A stretch of 63,941 nt of DNA, the filler included, from Barthelona sp. PAP020 (lineage: Eukaryota), in assembly GCA_040182905.1 (NCBI GenBank). It is 4 parts of 4 records of this genome, joined end to end, with 100 filler letters (N's around TTAATTAATTAA, not from the genome) between each part and the next. Parts side by side here need not be neighbours in the genome. Positions count along the whole stretch, not along the records: positions 32,663 to 48,788 come from JARQWU010000266.1; positions 48,889 to 63,941 come from JARQWU010000291.1; 2 more parts are not named here. One strand, written 5' to 3'. Shown one piece after another: positions 40,289-52,184 of the stretch (position 1 is its first letter; each line of letters begins with the position of its first letter). A model generated the notes under the pieces. That model was not told the DNA's origin. It did no database searches and worked only from the letters and a program-made list of their open reading frames with translations. Made by a program: the position numbers and the translations under genes.

Positions 40289-41425
40289 ATGAGTCATTCA
40301 AATATTTCCCCCAATTCTCCCTTAACAGGAGATGAATTAAGATTGAGTGAAGATTTTCAAGATTTTGTCTCATCATATGTGTTGAGAACTGTGAAATTAA
40401 ACAAAGATGAAAAATGGGAATACTACGATATTGGTGGAGAATCGAACACTATTCCAATAATTTGTGTGGGTGATGCTTTTATGACATCTGTTTCATTTTT
40501 CCGATTGGCCACTTTATTAAGTCAGAAAGGTTATCGAGTTGTTCTTGTAACATATCATTATTATTTAAATGTTGATCAATTTGTCAGTGGAATGAATGCT
40601 TTTCTTGTTCATCTCAAATTAAAAGCTGCTCATTTCTATGGGTGTGGTTTAGGTGGTTTTCTGCTTCAATGTTTTGGTGAGAGATATCCTTTGAGAGTTT
40701 TATCGTTAATTTTGCTAAATTCTTTTGCTGATACGTATCATTTCAAGAGTTCTGTTCCATTTTCTTCTTTGTTGTGGGCAGCTCCTAAATTTATGTTAAA
40801 GTCTCCATTATTGGCCATGTTACCGAGTGGATCGATTAGACTGGATATTACAGAGGCTGTTGACTTTTTGTGTTCTCAATTAGAGACCCAATCACGTGAA
40901 TTTTATCTTTCCCGATTGACTTTGTTGACTGAACAACGTACAATAAAGAATTGGTGTGATGATGCAGCCAAGTTAATGATTTTGGAATCTGTGAATTTGA
41001 ATCATATTCCGCAAAAGTTGCTTGAAGAACTTCGGTTAAGATACGACACACACCATGTTACATATATTGAACTTCCTTTTCCTGAGTTAACTCAACCAGA
41101 AGAACTAGCCATGTACATCATTGTTCATTTAAGATCCGTTGGTTTGGACCCTTCATTGGTGGAAAGAAAGCGTATTTGGGAATTGGAAGAACTGGAAGAA
41201 AGCTTTGTCGAAGATAATATTGATAGTAACAACTATTTCTTAGATTCTAAGTTTAATGCTTCTGTTACTCAGAGTTTGTATGAAACTGAAAAGATTGAAG
41301 CACAGCAGAGCAACAATTATGTACTTTCACCACCTCCTATACACACACAAGATACAACTGAAGAAGCTCTTGGTAATATCGAACCTTCTGCCAGTTTTTA
41401 TTCCACAAATTCAGATGATGTTTAA
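40289..41425 (+). CDS. SPG21: Maspardin (alpha/beta-hydrolase fold)
   Basis: SEDFQDF, WEYYDIG, HFYGCGLGGFLLQ, RVLSLILLNSFADT and AVDFL..QLE match the maspardin pattern. Confidence 0.85.
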   Translation: MSHSNISPNSPLTGDELRLSEDFQDFVSSYVLRTVKLNKDEKWEYYDIGGESNTIPIICVGDAFMTSVSFFRLATLLSQKGYRVVLVTYHYYLNVDQFVSGMNAFLVHLKLKAAHFYGCGLGGFLLQCFGERYPLRVLSLILLNSFADTYHFKSSVPFSSLLWAAPKFMLKSPLLAMLPSGSIRLDITEAVDFLCSQLETQSREFYLSRLTLLTEQRTIKNWCDDAAKLMILESVNLNHIPQKLLEELRLRYDTHHVTYIELPFPELTQPEELAMYIIVHLRSVGLDPSLVERKRIWELEELEESFVEDNIDSNNYFLDSKFNASVTQSLYETEKIEAQQSNNYVLSPPPIHTQDTTEEALGNIEPSASFYSTNSDDV

Positions 41426-41525
41426 TCGAACTTTTCACTTACCAATGTAAAAAAAAATTTTTTTTTTTAAACATTTACCTACCACTTCCATATTTAGAAA
41501 AAAACCAAAATAAAACTAGAAATAT

Positions 41526-42161
41526 TTATGGAAATTCCTCAAACGTTGGCTTCTGCAACACATACATATTGATAATTTTCGATTTTTTCTTCTTCATTTG
41601 AGAATATGCAAAGGGCCTTTCTATCTCATATGTATCGATGAGTTTCCAATTCAAACAACTGATGGCATATTCAAAAATTGGTTCTCTTTCTTCGAGTAAG
41701 CCTTGAGAAATACAAATATAATATCCACCGTCATCTAAAACACGATGCAAACTGTTAAAATAATTGACAACACTATATTGAACATCTAAATTACAACAAA
41801 TAGAATCCAATGTTGCTTTGTCAATAACAACATTGAATCTTGACTCAAAAGAAGATTCATCCATTTCACATACGTTACAATTGTACCATTTAATCTCAGA
41901 ATCTATGATTTTATATTTTTTTTTCATCGTGTCAATCAAACAACTAGAAAAATCAACACAACTAATCTCATAATTGGCACAATTATTTGACAATTGTTTT
42001 GGTAAGTTGGAATTTCCACAACCAGATATAAGTATTTTATGTTGTGTGTGCAAATATTTTTGCAAATATCTTTTAAAATCATCATATTCAATTAACCAAT
42101 CATATTCAATATTTGGTGCTATTCTATATCTTGCATCCCAATATCCTTGTTCAGAATACAT
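41526..42161 (-). CDS. EEF1AKMT4/METTL13-N-like SAM-dependent methyltransferase
   Basis: YWDARY, YDWL, ILISGCGNS, VDFS and VVIDKATLDSI motifs. Confidence 0.85.
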   Translation of the reverse strand: MYSEQGYWDARYRIAPNIEYDWLIEYDDFKRYLQKYLHTQHKILISGCGNSNLPKQLSNNCANYEISCVDFSSCLIDTMKKKYKIIDSEIKWYNCNVCEMDESSFESRFNVVIDKATLDSICCNLDVQYSVVNYFNSLHRVLDDGGYYICISQGLLEEREPIFEYAISCLNWKLIDTYEIERPFAYSQMKKKKSKIINMYVLQKPTFEEFP

Positions 42162-42482
42162 TTAATCTTTTTTAACTATATACAAAAATAATATTCAAAC
42201 CAAAAAAAATTCTATTTGCCAAATAATAACATGATGATCCAATAAAATACTCTTTAGACGAAGAAAGTTAACTTTTTAAATACAATTAATTTGAAACTTT
42301 CAGCTAATTACCTTTATTTTAACAAAAACTATGAATGAAGGTATATAAGATAAAACACATGTTTGTAACCAATTTTTATTTATTCAAATAAAATCTTTAA
42401 ATATTGAAAATGTATCAAATCAACACATCAAAAAACAAAAAAAAAATGTCACTTTTTATCTCATTTTTTTTTTCAAGATATC

Positions 42483-45400
42483 ATGAAAAACATGGATTTG
42501 AAGGAAGATGATCCTTTACAAAATGCAACAGCCTATCCTACAATGTTGAAACGACGTTCTTTTTATAAAAGAATGGATTTTGTATTTGGAATTGTTCTGT
42601 TTGGAATATTAGGTGCATTTGTTTCAATTTTTTTTACAGATATTTTGATATTATCTGGCATTATAGTAATATTTATTGTACTTTTTGCATTATTATTTCT
42701 TTTACAAATTTGGTCACTCAGATTCAGGAAATTCTGTCAATATGAAAATGTGAATGATTCTTTATGGGCTGATTATGTGTTTGTTAAAATATCCCCTGAG
42801 TTTGGCAAGAATGAGATTTGTTCTATTCAAAATTTTGAAATAAAGGAAGGTTCACCCGATAATGAAAATAAAAATGTTAAAGGGAGTAAAAAGCATAAAC
42901 ATAGTATCATTGATATGACGTCTGAAATGGTGGAGTTAGTTGAATCAAAAAATTATCGTTATTACAAATATCAATCTGAGGTATTTGTTCTTTCTGATGA
43001 AGAAAACGGGTTATTTGAACCTTTAGCTACACTAAGTTGTGAAGAATTGCTGAAACCAATGGAAATATATGATGACCGTGATTTGCTTTCGTTTTGGCGT
43101 GGGTATGCTTCATTTGAAAGCAGAAATCGAATGGTTGATATGTATATGGAAAATAAGATTGATATACCCATTCCGCCACTTTCTGAATTGTTTTTAAGGG
43201 CTGTTACATCACCATTATTCATCTTTCAAATGATATCCACCATTCTTTGGATTGTTGATGGGGTTATTTGGTCGAGTTTATTTACCGTTTTCACAATGAT
43301 CATGATTGAAAGAAGAGTGTGCAAAAATACACATAAAAATTTGGAGAACATGCAAAACCTTGCTGATCCTGTTGTTGAAATACGTTGTCATGCCAAAGGA
43401 ACTTTTAAATATATTCCTAGTGATGAATTAGTCCCAGGAGATCTGATTTGTTTAAATCGACTGGATTTTACAACTGTGCCTGTTGATTGTGTTGTTGTTG
43501 AAGGAAATGTGGTTGTTAACGAATCAACCCTTACTGGTGAGTCCACACCCATTCACAAGGATCCATTGTTATCCGGTGCTGATACATCATTAGATCTTGA
43601 AAGATTACATGTAATTCATGCAGGCACCACCTTATTGAGAGTTTCCAAGCAAGAGATTACTCAAAAATCAAATCATCTGTATAGTGGTCCCAGATCCGTC
43701 ACCCCACCTTCTGGTTCTGCGTTAGCTATTGTGTTAAAGACTGGTATTAAGACTTCAAAAGGTCAGTTGCTGAGGAAAATTATGCATACGAGTGAAAATA
43801 TGTCCGTAAATACGATTGAAAATTTGGCTTTCATTGGATTAGTCATTTCTATGTGTTCCATTGTTGTTTTATATGTTATTCACGCTGAGTTGAGTCATCC
43901 ATTATTGACCACAAAGACACTAATTATCACAATCTGCCAAATTGTAGCTTCAGTGTTTCCATCCGAACTATCAATGGAATTGTCTCTAGCAAACAGCTCT
44001 GCGATTGTAAATCTATCAAAACAGAAAGTCTTCTGTACGGAACCTTTCCGCATTCCTGGATCTGGTTCTGCTGAAATTGTCTGTTTTGATAAGACGGGAA
44101 CTTTGACTTGTAGTGATGTCATTTTAAGCGGAATCGTTTTGGATGACGCTAATGTGGAAAGCCCTTGTTTACATAGACCCATCACAACGTCATGGATTAC
44201 TCGAATGGTATTGAGTACTTGTCATTCATTAATAAAGTCGGAAGGAGAAGTTGTGGGTGATGAAGGAGAAATTGCTTGTTTAAGACAATCTGGATATTTC
44301 ATTCGTGAGAAAGATACAGTTGTTGAGACAAACAAAAATTTGACAGAAGATGAAAGGAAAATTTTTGAATTTGATGAAAAGAAAAAGCCCATTGAGAATA
44401 TTATCCTAAAAAGGTTCCCCTTTGCTTCTGACTTAAAGCGTTCGTCTTGTTTGATTGAACATCGTCCAGAAAGAGGGATGCAACAATATTTCAGTGTAGT
44501 TAAAGGAGCTCCTGAAACAATTGGTGAACGATTGATGGAATTACCCTCAAATTATCATAAAATTCATGCAGCATTAACTTTAGATGGTGCCAGAGTTTTG
44601 GCTATGGCATATCGTGAGTTGGAAAATACAAGCACATCGGCTGCAAGAGGAATGAATCGAGATGATGCGGAGAAGGATTTAGTTTTCTGTGGTTTTCAAG
44701 TTTTCCGTTCCAGTGTCAAATCTTCATCTGCCAATGTCATTAATACACTAACTTCAGGTGGTTTAAAGGTTTATATGGTAACTGGAGATGCGTTATTGAC
44801 CTCTATTCATGTTGCTAAAACCTTGGATATGTTTAACAATGATAATTCTTTGTTTTCTCCAGTTAACAAATCAAAGAGTATTAAAGCTGCTAGAAAGCCA
44901 ATCACTTGTAGTGTCATCGAAGTTGATTCATCAGAATCGGCAATAATTCAATTCAATTCTTTAAGTGGTGAGTTGTTATATGAAACTTCAACTGATAACC
45001 TTCATTTCCCTGATCCAACTAATTATGCGTTGTGTGTGACAGGCGATGTGATCAATTTTTTCGTTAAAAAATATCCTGCTCATTTGTCTGCCCTTTTGAT
45101 GTGTTCTGTTGTCTTTGCTCGTGTAAATCCAGTGCAAAAGGAGTTAATTATTTCTGGATTTAGAAATTTAAGAAAGAAATACAAGAAGTTGGTAAATTCG
45201 TTAAGATTTGATGTGGATGGTTCAATTAGAGTCAGTGGATCTTCCGTACGTTCATTCTTAGGAGATGTTTTGATGTGCGGTGATGGTACTAATGATGTTG
45301 GTGCTTTAAAGAAAGCCGACATTGGTTTAGCATTACTTGATGGAGAAGAACCTGAAGAAGATGTGGAAATTCCAGATGTGATCACTCTTGAAGATTTCAT

Positions 45401-46223
45401 GAAAGATTATGCTGCCTTGACCCAACCCCCTACTGGAAATTATGATCCACGTAAATTGAAAGCTGAACTTGAAAGTGAAGATATGCCAACTTTGAAACCT
45501 GGTGATGCCTCATTAGCTGCACCTATTTCATCAACATCGAGTAATCCGTTATGTGTCACAAGATTGATCAGACAAGGACGTGCTACACGTGCTACCTCTC
45601 TTCAAATGTATAAAATCTTGGTTTTGAATGCAATACCTGTTGCGTACCAACTGGCTTATTTGTTGAGACGTGGAATAAAGATGTGTGATAGACAATATAC
45701 TATCCAATCTATCATAACAACTATACCCTTTTTGTTTGTCTCAAAAGCCAATCCTGTAAGCAAATTGAATAAAACTCCACCGGAGCATCGAATCTTTTCT
45801 GGTTTTGTTTTCATTTCTATGTTATTACAAGGAATTTTACATCTTTGCTTCTTTATTTTTTGTATCAGATTGGTGGCTGATACAACTCTTATTCCAACTC
45901 AAGTTTTTGAACCCAAATATTACCCTTCGTTGGAAGAAACTATGTCTTTCTTTGTTTCATTGATCATTCCCATTAATATCTTGGCAACTAATTATGCTGG
46001 TAAACCTCATACTACCAGTATGTTAAATAATAGGCCTTTATTATTATCAATAGTTTTAAGCTATTGTTTATGGTTAATTTTATTCCTGCAATTGCCCTTA
46101 ACTAATGGATTGATTTTCATAGTTCCTTTGTCATGGAAAACAAAGATTGTTGTGTTAATTGCTTCATTTATTGATTTATTCACAGGATTACTTATTGAAT
46201 GGTTGTGTAAATTTATTTTTTAA
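42483..46223 (+). CDS. ATP13A1: P5A ATPase (ATP13A1/Spf1)
   Basis: LTGESTP, FCTEPFRIP, CFDKTGTLT, MCGDGTNDVGALK, GDASLAAP and IRQGRAT...QMYKIL motifs. Confidence 0.92.
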   Translation: MKNMDLKEDDPLQNATAYPTMLKRRSFYKRMDFVFGIVLFGILGAFVSIFFTDILILSGIIVIFIVLFALLFLLQIWSLRFRKFCQYENVNDSLWADYVFVKISPEFGKNEICSIQNFEIKEGSPDNENKNVKGSKKHKHSIIDMTSEMVELVESKNYRYYKYQSEVFVLSDEENGLFEPLATLSCEELLKPMEIYDDRDLLSFWRGYASFESRNRMVDMYMENKIDIPIPPLSELFLRAVTSPLFIFQMISTILWIVDGVIWSSLFTVFTMIMIERRVCKNTHKNLENMQNLADPVVEIRCHAKGTFKYIPSDELVPGDLICLNRLDFTTVPVDCVVVEGNVVVNESTLTGESTPIHKDPLLSGADTSLDLERLHVIHAGTTLLRVSKQEITQKSNHLYSGPRSVTPPSGSALAIVLKTGIKTSKGQLLRKIMHTSENMSVNTIENLAFIGLVISMCSIVVLYVIHAELSHPLLTTKTLIITICQIVASVFPSELSMELSLANSSAIVNLSKQKVFCTEPFRIPGSGSAEIVCFDKTGTLTCSDVILSGIVLDDANVESPCLHRPITTSWITRMVLSTCHSLIKSEGEVVGDEGEIACLRQSGYFIREKDTVVETNKNLTEDERKIFEFDEKKKPIENIILKRFPFASDLKRSSCLIEHRPERGMQQYFSVVKGAPETIGERLMELPSNYHKIHAALTLDGARVLAMAYRELENTSTSAARGMNRDDAEKDLVFCGFQVFRSSVKSSSANVINTLTSGGLKVYMVTGDALLTSIHVAKTLDMFNNDNSLFSPVNKSKSIKAARKPITCSVIEVDSSESAIIQFNSLSGELLYETSTDNLHFPDPTNYALCVTGDVINFFVKKYPAHLSALLMCSVVFARVNPVQKELIISGFRNLRKKYKKLVNSLRFDVDGSIRVSGSSVRSFLGDVLMCGDGTNDVGALKKADIGLALLDGEEPEEDVEIPDVITLEDFMKDYAALTQPPTGNYDPRKLKAELESEDMPTLKPGDASLAAPISSTSSNPLCVTRLIRQGRATRATSLQMYKILVLNAIPVAYQLAYLLRRGIKMCDRQYTIQSIITTIPFLFVSKANPVSKLNKTPPEHRIFSGFVFISMLLQGILHLCFFIFCIRLVADTTLIPTQVFEPKYYPSLEETMSFFVSLIIPINILATNYAGKPHTTSMLNNRPLLLSIVLSYCLWLILFLQLPLTNGLIFIVPLSWKTKIVVLIASFIDLFTGLLIEWLCKFIF

Positions 46224-46465
46224 ACTTTTTATTGTTGATTATTCATCAATATATGAAATTCCATTTTTTTTTCCTTTAATTGTTTGATAATTTTAAAATT
46301 AAACATATATATTAATTATATTTTTGAAATAATCATTAAAAAAAATGGGAGAATAATGTAAAAATAATAAAAAATGATGATTACACAAGAAATTTCTATT
46401 TTTTCACCATCATTCTGTGAAATATTTTGGTGATTTTGGTGATTTTGTGATCTAATATTTTTAAT

Positions 46466-47533
46466 ATGACAATTATTTCCAATTCATCTTTTCGAAAATC
46501 GAAAGATTTTTTTTTATCTCACATCTCTTCATTTTTAATATTCACTCTTATTGTATTTTTGTATTTTAGATTAAATCCTCGTTCATTTTTGAGTGATAAA
46601 AATTCAATTGACAATGGATCTCCCATAAAATTTACTTTTGGTCTTGTTGCTGATCAAGATGAAGCCTCATATCGTAAAAATTTGGATTTATGGGCATCAG
46701 AATATTTAAAAGGCGTGTTAAAAAAAGAGAATAACACATGGAGTGTTACTTTTGATGACGCACCTATTTTATTGACCACAAAAACAAATGAAAAAGGTAG
46801 GGGTATGGAATTATCTGAATTAATAAATTGGAATGGTAAACTTTACACATGCGATGATCGCACTGGAACCATTTTTGAAATTATTGATAACAAAGCATAC
46901 AGACGATTTGTAACGAATGCTGGAGATGGTAATAATGAGAAAGGGTTCAAATGTGAGTGGTTAGCTGTGAAAGATAATCATTTGTATGTTGGAAGTATTG
47001 GAAAGTATTGGACATTTCCCAATAATGACACTATTATTAACGATGGTCCTTTATGGATCAAAACCATATCTCCTAGTGGGGAGATTAAGTCTTTTAATTG
47101 GACTAGGGAGTATAACTTATTGAGAGAAGCCACTGGCACAACAGGAACGGGATATTTAATTCATGAAACAGGCATTTGGCATGAGCCCCATAAAAAATGG
47201 TATTTTTTACCAAGAAGAGTATCTACTGAAAGATACAATGATGTTGATGATGAAAGAAGAGGTAGCAATGTCATTATTGAGGTAGACGAAACGTTTAGTA
47301 ATGCTAAAGCATTCAATATTGGAAATTTAATCAAAACTAGGGGTTTTTCAACGGCAAAATTCCTTCCTGGTTATCCTAACATTCTAATGGCTGTTAAAAC
47401 ATATGAGTTTCGCAATAATATTCGATCTTACTTTACTTTGTTTGATATCAAAACAAAAGAGATTTTAATTCAGGAAACAGTCATTAAACTTGGGCTTAAA
47501 TTCGAAGGTATTGAGATCTTGAGTCACAAATAA
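46466..47533 (+). CDS. Ca2+-activated nucleotidase/apyrase (CANT1 family) with type II membrane anchor
   Basis: ADQD, GRGMELSEL, DDRTG, KGFKCEW, LYVGSIGK, GYLIHE, FLPRR and KFEGIE motifs. Confidence 0.93.
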   Translation: MTIISNSSFRKSKDFFLSHISSFLIFTLIVFLYFRLNPRSFLSDKNSIDNGSPIKFTFGLVADQDEASYRKNLDLWASEYLKGVLKKENNTWSVTFDDAPILLTTKTNEKGRGMELSELINWNGKLYTCDDRTGTIFEIIDNKAYRRFVTNAGDGNNEKGFKCEWLAVKDNHLYVGSIGKYWTFPNNDTIINDGPLWIKTISPSGEIKSFNWTREYNLLREATGTTGTGYLIHETGIWHEPHKKWYFLPRRVSTERYNDVDDERRGSNVIIEVDETFSNAKAFNIGNLIKTRGFSTAKFLPGYPNILMAVKTYEFRNNIRSYFTLFDIKTKEILIQETVIKLGLKFEGIEILSHK

Positions 47534-48788
47534 ATTAAGGAATTTTTTTTGTTTCAGTTTGCAAAAATATGTCAAAAAGATTGACGTGAGTCTGTAACAA
47601 TCATTGAGGAGAATATTAGATAAACAAAGTTCAGGCAGTTAATTCAACTGAAACAGGATAAAGCAGCTTTTTGATTTCTTTGTTCTTCGAAATGAATAAT
47701 ATGAATACTTAATAATTGTTTCAAGTTTATGAAACACTCAGGGTGTGGATGTAAATGAGTGAATGCGCTGGTTTTAAAGCAAAGGTTCACGCGAAAGAAA
47801 AATGATTGGTTGATTGATGATTTGGAAACTTGAATATCACTTGAATCTTCAAATATCAACAGAAAGAATTTTAAAATTGTCTCTTCACATCAGTTGGTTG
47901 AAGACTTTTAAAGTTCCAATTATCAGTAGAAACTTTAACCGTTCAAACGTGAAAGTTAAAAGAAACAATAAAGTTTTACTGAGAAAAGTATTTCAAATTT
48001 TCAGACTTGACAATGAAAACATAATTATAGCCTGAACGTTTCCTCTTTGGGTTTTGCTGCGATTTATTTGAATTTTTTTTCCACATTTGCTTTTTTTTAA
48101 CAAATAAAATTGCTCAATTCCTGTTTAGACCAAAATTTCACTATTTTAAAACAATTGGTCTAGTTGTGAAACAATTGCATATTTTTTCAGAGAAAATAGA
48201 CTCAGAAGACTCATTCAAAAAAATTTCAGTCGAATCCTTTGGGGTAATTAAATGAATAGATTTAAATTTGAGGATTAAATATGATTATCCTAGGGGAAAT
48301 TATTTATTTTAGCATGGGTAAAATTTTAAAGTTTATACTTTACCTTAAAACAAATCGAGTTTCGAAACTTATTAATCAAACAGATACTATTCTTTTTTTT
48401 TCTAATATGTACAACATTTCTTGGCTTGGAAATTAAATATAAAATATTGTATTGAAGTTTATTTAAAAAGTTTAATGATTTTTATGAAGAGAGAAGAAAC
48501 TTTTTTTTGCAAAGGAATGAAAATTCAATCTTTTATTCTATTTTAATAAATAAACAGGTCTTCTGTTCAATTTCGAAAAAAATGGATTATCTTAGTCAAG
48601 TTGTTTTTTTCAATCAATGGACAGTTTGATGACCGAAGATCGAATCCTTGTTTCTATTTTTCTTTTTAAAAGAAACATGGATCGAGTCTTTAAAAAATCA
48701 TTTTTCTTATTCACTCGACAAAATAATAAACATTTAATAAAAGCTTTTACTGTTCAAGGTTAGAGTTTGGGTTACTTGTCACTGGTCT

Positions 48789-48888
48789 NNNNNNNNNNNN
48801 NNNNNNNNNNNNNNNNNNNNNNNNNNNNNNNNTTAATTAATTAANNNNNNNNNNNNNNNNNNNNNNNNNNNNNNNNNNNNNNNNNNNN
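48789..48888. other. Artificial contig linker
   Basis: N44-TTAATTAATTAA-N44. Confidence 0.97.
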
Positions 48889-51800
48889 AAGTGGAATAAA
48901 TGAATCAATTGTTCTATGAATTTCTGTACCACAAGCAGAGCATCTATCTCCATTTTCAGACAAAAATGGAACTGTTGTTCCACAACGAACACAAATGTGT
49001 TGTCTAGAATCATCATCACTGCTGGTGTTTCCACGTAACTTCAGAAGCTTTGTATGTATGTCATTTCTCCACTCCGGGTTGAAATTAAATTTCATCAATT
49101 GAGATAAACATTGTTGAGATAGCCTGGAACATCCCAAACTGTCACTAACAAAACCTAAAGTACGAAGAATGTACGATCTTTTGACACCGGTTGGAATCAT
49201 GGGAAGACTAGGATCAGCCAACTTACTTAAAAGGGATATACAAATATGGAAGAGATGGCTAACAGGTGTCAAATTAAAAGGTTCATTCACAAATCTCTCA
49301 ACTTGATGATATGCATAATAAATACGAGATAAAGCTGAAAGCCTCCAATATTCTTCGGTTGCATTTTCATCATTCTCATTCAAAGCTACATTTAAATACT
49401 CACGTTCACACAAAAACAAATAATAAGATAAATCACCGTACATCTCTTGAGACAAAGCGTTAAATATGAGCTTTCGAAGTAGAATAATTGAGGCACGAGA
49501 ATTGTTTGTTTCTTGAATGTGTTTTAATGCCTCTTCAAAGCGATCATGTTCAAGTAAGTGTCCAGTATATAGAATATACAATCTTTCACGAAGGTTTTCA
49601 CGTCCTGGCACATCAACAAGCACAAAAGCGGGCTGCCAATTTTCTTGTTGAATGTATAAATCAAGAAGTGATGAAATATCATCTAACTTTACATATATCT
49701 CCTTTGCTAGTTCAAATTCGTCTCTTTCAGCAAAAATATTTGCACAATATTTAAGAGCAGCCTCTTCACTAGCGGGAATTCGACGCATAGCTGAAGCCAA
49801 TTGTGCAGTTGAAGAATGTTCCCCAACAATTTTGACAGCTCGAAGATATTCATGAATTTCAAGGAACAACTCAGCAGCCCTTACATAATGTTCCAATTCA
49901 AGTTCCCATTCAGCCTGACGACGAAGCAATTCATTTGATTTTACAGGCGCGTTTTCCCACTTGCAAAGATTCGCCCACATGCTAACTGCACGATCTGTTT
50001 CTCCTGCCTCAACCATCATTGCAGAAGCTTCTTCGTATCGACCAAGGTACGATGAAATTTCAGCTTTTAAAAGGATAATAGCAACACCAGTGTCTTTACG
50101 TGATAAAATTCCATCAATAAAATCAATTGTATTGATATCTCTTACTTTTGTACATGCTTTCTTTGCAATCTCAAGCTCAAATGCAAGTAAACATGCTTTA
50201 ATTAAATTATTCCAATCCGTATCCGTAACTCCAAGACAAGCTACATTATAGGCATTGTTATAATCATTTCTATCAATAAATCTACGCATTGGTGAACTTT
50301 GGGTCACTTCAGCAGTTACGATCGACGTACGATTCAAAAGAAATACTTTTCGTCCTTGAAAACCAACGACATATCCCTGTAGTTTTTGCTTGTGTAAGGG
50401 GAAATCTGCGGTTTTTACACATAACGTGCCATTGGCCGAAAAAGCAATCATGTCTTCATAATCACGATTGAACATCAAAGAAACTGCGTTCTTTTCGGTA
50501 AATAACAGTTCTTTGGTGTGAACATTATAAACATACATTGTTCCATGCTCATCAGAAATAGCCATTTTATTACGATTAGCAGAGATATCAATACATCTGA
50601 TTGAACAATTATGCTTGATAAGCAATGAGGTAAACAGGGAATCTACAAATATGCGATATACTGAACCATCTTTTAATCCAATGAGCAATCCTTCTCTACC
50701 AGGAGCACCTCCAATAATTCTGATATATTTCACTTTGTCTTCGAAGTTCCATCTTCTTTGACGAACTCCTTGGAAATTAAACGAATCTAACATTGTATTA
50801 TGACAGAATAAAATATTTTGACTCAAAACAACTAATAAAGAACATGAAAATTCACCAGGGATACGGTGTTTATATGTTGCATGAAGCAATTGATTATCAT
50901 CCAACGATAACTGATAAATAATAACTCTGGAAGGTGTCAAAATAGCTAGTCTATTACTAAACACAGCAACTTTCTTCACCAATTCTTTACATCTGATACG
51001 AACACGAGCATCACTAATCAAATTTTGTATAACAACGTCTGTTAAAGTATCTCTAAAAGCATATATTTCATTATAAAGGCCATGAACTGTTGACAATGAG
51101 AATACTTGGGCTGCCACAAAACTATCATGCGTCCCAAGTAAAATCATATTTGCAGTTGGATGAACTGTCGAACACCACATCCAATGTGTAGCTTCAGCAA
51201 TTGTCGCAAGGGAAACACCATCATGAGAAAATAAATTAACCTTTCGATCTGAACCTCCTGTTATTAAATAATTACCATCTTCAAAATATTGAAGAAAACA
51301 AGGCAAAAAGTCTAATTCCTTGGTTCTTCCAACACTTTCACCATCTGTGTTGAAAAATGCCAATTTTTTATCCCAACATCCAACAGCAAAAGTAACTTGA
51401 TCATTTTCAGGAGAGTTTCGAAAAGCAAGACACCATACTGGGGCAGGTAGTTTGATTTTCAAAGTTTCTTTTCCTTGTTGATTCATTAAAGTGACATTAC
51501 CATCTTCATGTCCTATAGCAGCAATTAATCCATTGGGGCTCCAATCACAACACAACGCACGAGATTCAATAGGTATCTTTGAAACATTAGAAGACGTGGG
51601 TACCCAAAATCCAATATCAGTTTGAGAGCAAGATAAAAGCATATGTGTTTTAGGATTATATTTTAAAGTTTGAATTGGTGATGGATGCTGATATCTCAAT
51701 ACACCTTCTCCTTCTTTATTCCATATTGTTACACGATTATCAGCACCACCAGAAGCAAATCTTGTTCCATCATGACTCCAAGATAATGAATAAACTGTTC

Positions 51801-51972
51801 CAGCGTGTGCATTGATTAAAGAAATCTGTGAAAAGTCAGAAGTACGATGCAAAGCGATCTTATTCCCAACAGAATAACAAAAACTATGACCATTCGGAGA
51901 AAAAGCTATTGCATATATCGGTATCTTTCGTACCTGAACTTTGTCATGCCATAATAATTGACTCCTAACCAT
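48889..51972 (-). CDS. IFT122: Intraflagellar transport protein 122, 3'-truncated by the contig edge
   Basis: N-terminal WD40s (RFASGGADN), TVHGLYNEIYAFRDTLTDVVIQNL, RIRCKELVKKVAVF, ACLGVTDTDW and C-terminal CxxC zinc motifs. Confidence 0.95.
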
Positions 51973-52184
51973 TATTATAAATGGTAAAGTTGAAATTAAA
52001 AATAATAAGAATTTTTTTTTTTCTTTTTGGTTTTTATTGACTCAAGATATATATAATGGAATAAACAACAGTAAAATTACATGTTTAAATGGCAAAAACA
52101 TGCAGCGTTGTTGAAATGACGTTCCATTTCACAAATAAAGGGGAAAAAGGAAGAAAAGAGTACATAAAAAATGTTTATACAAAT

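Noticed and set aside
47560..48060. Coding-like but stop-riddled stretch after the apyrase gene
   Set aside because: May be a decayed gene, but no family is recognisable.
9900..51972. Apparent clustering of flagellar genes (SPEF2, IFT74, DRC12, RSPH4/6, IFT122)
   Set aside because: They lie on three different contigs, and such genes are frequent in compact flagellate genomes.
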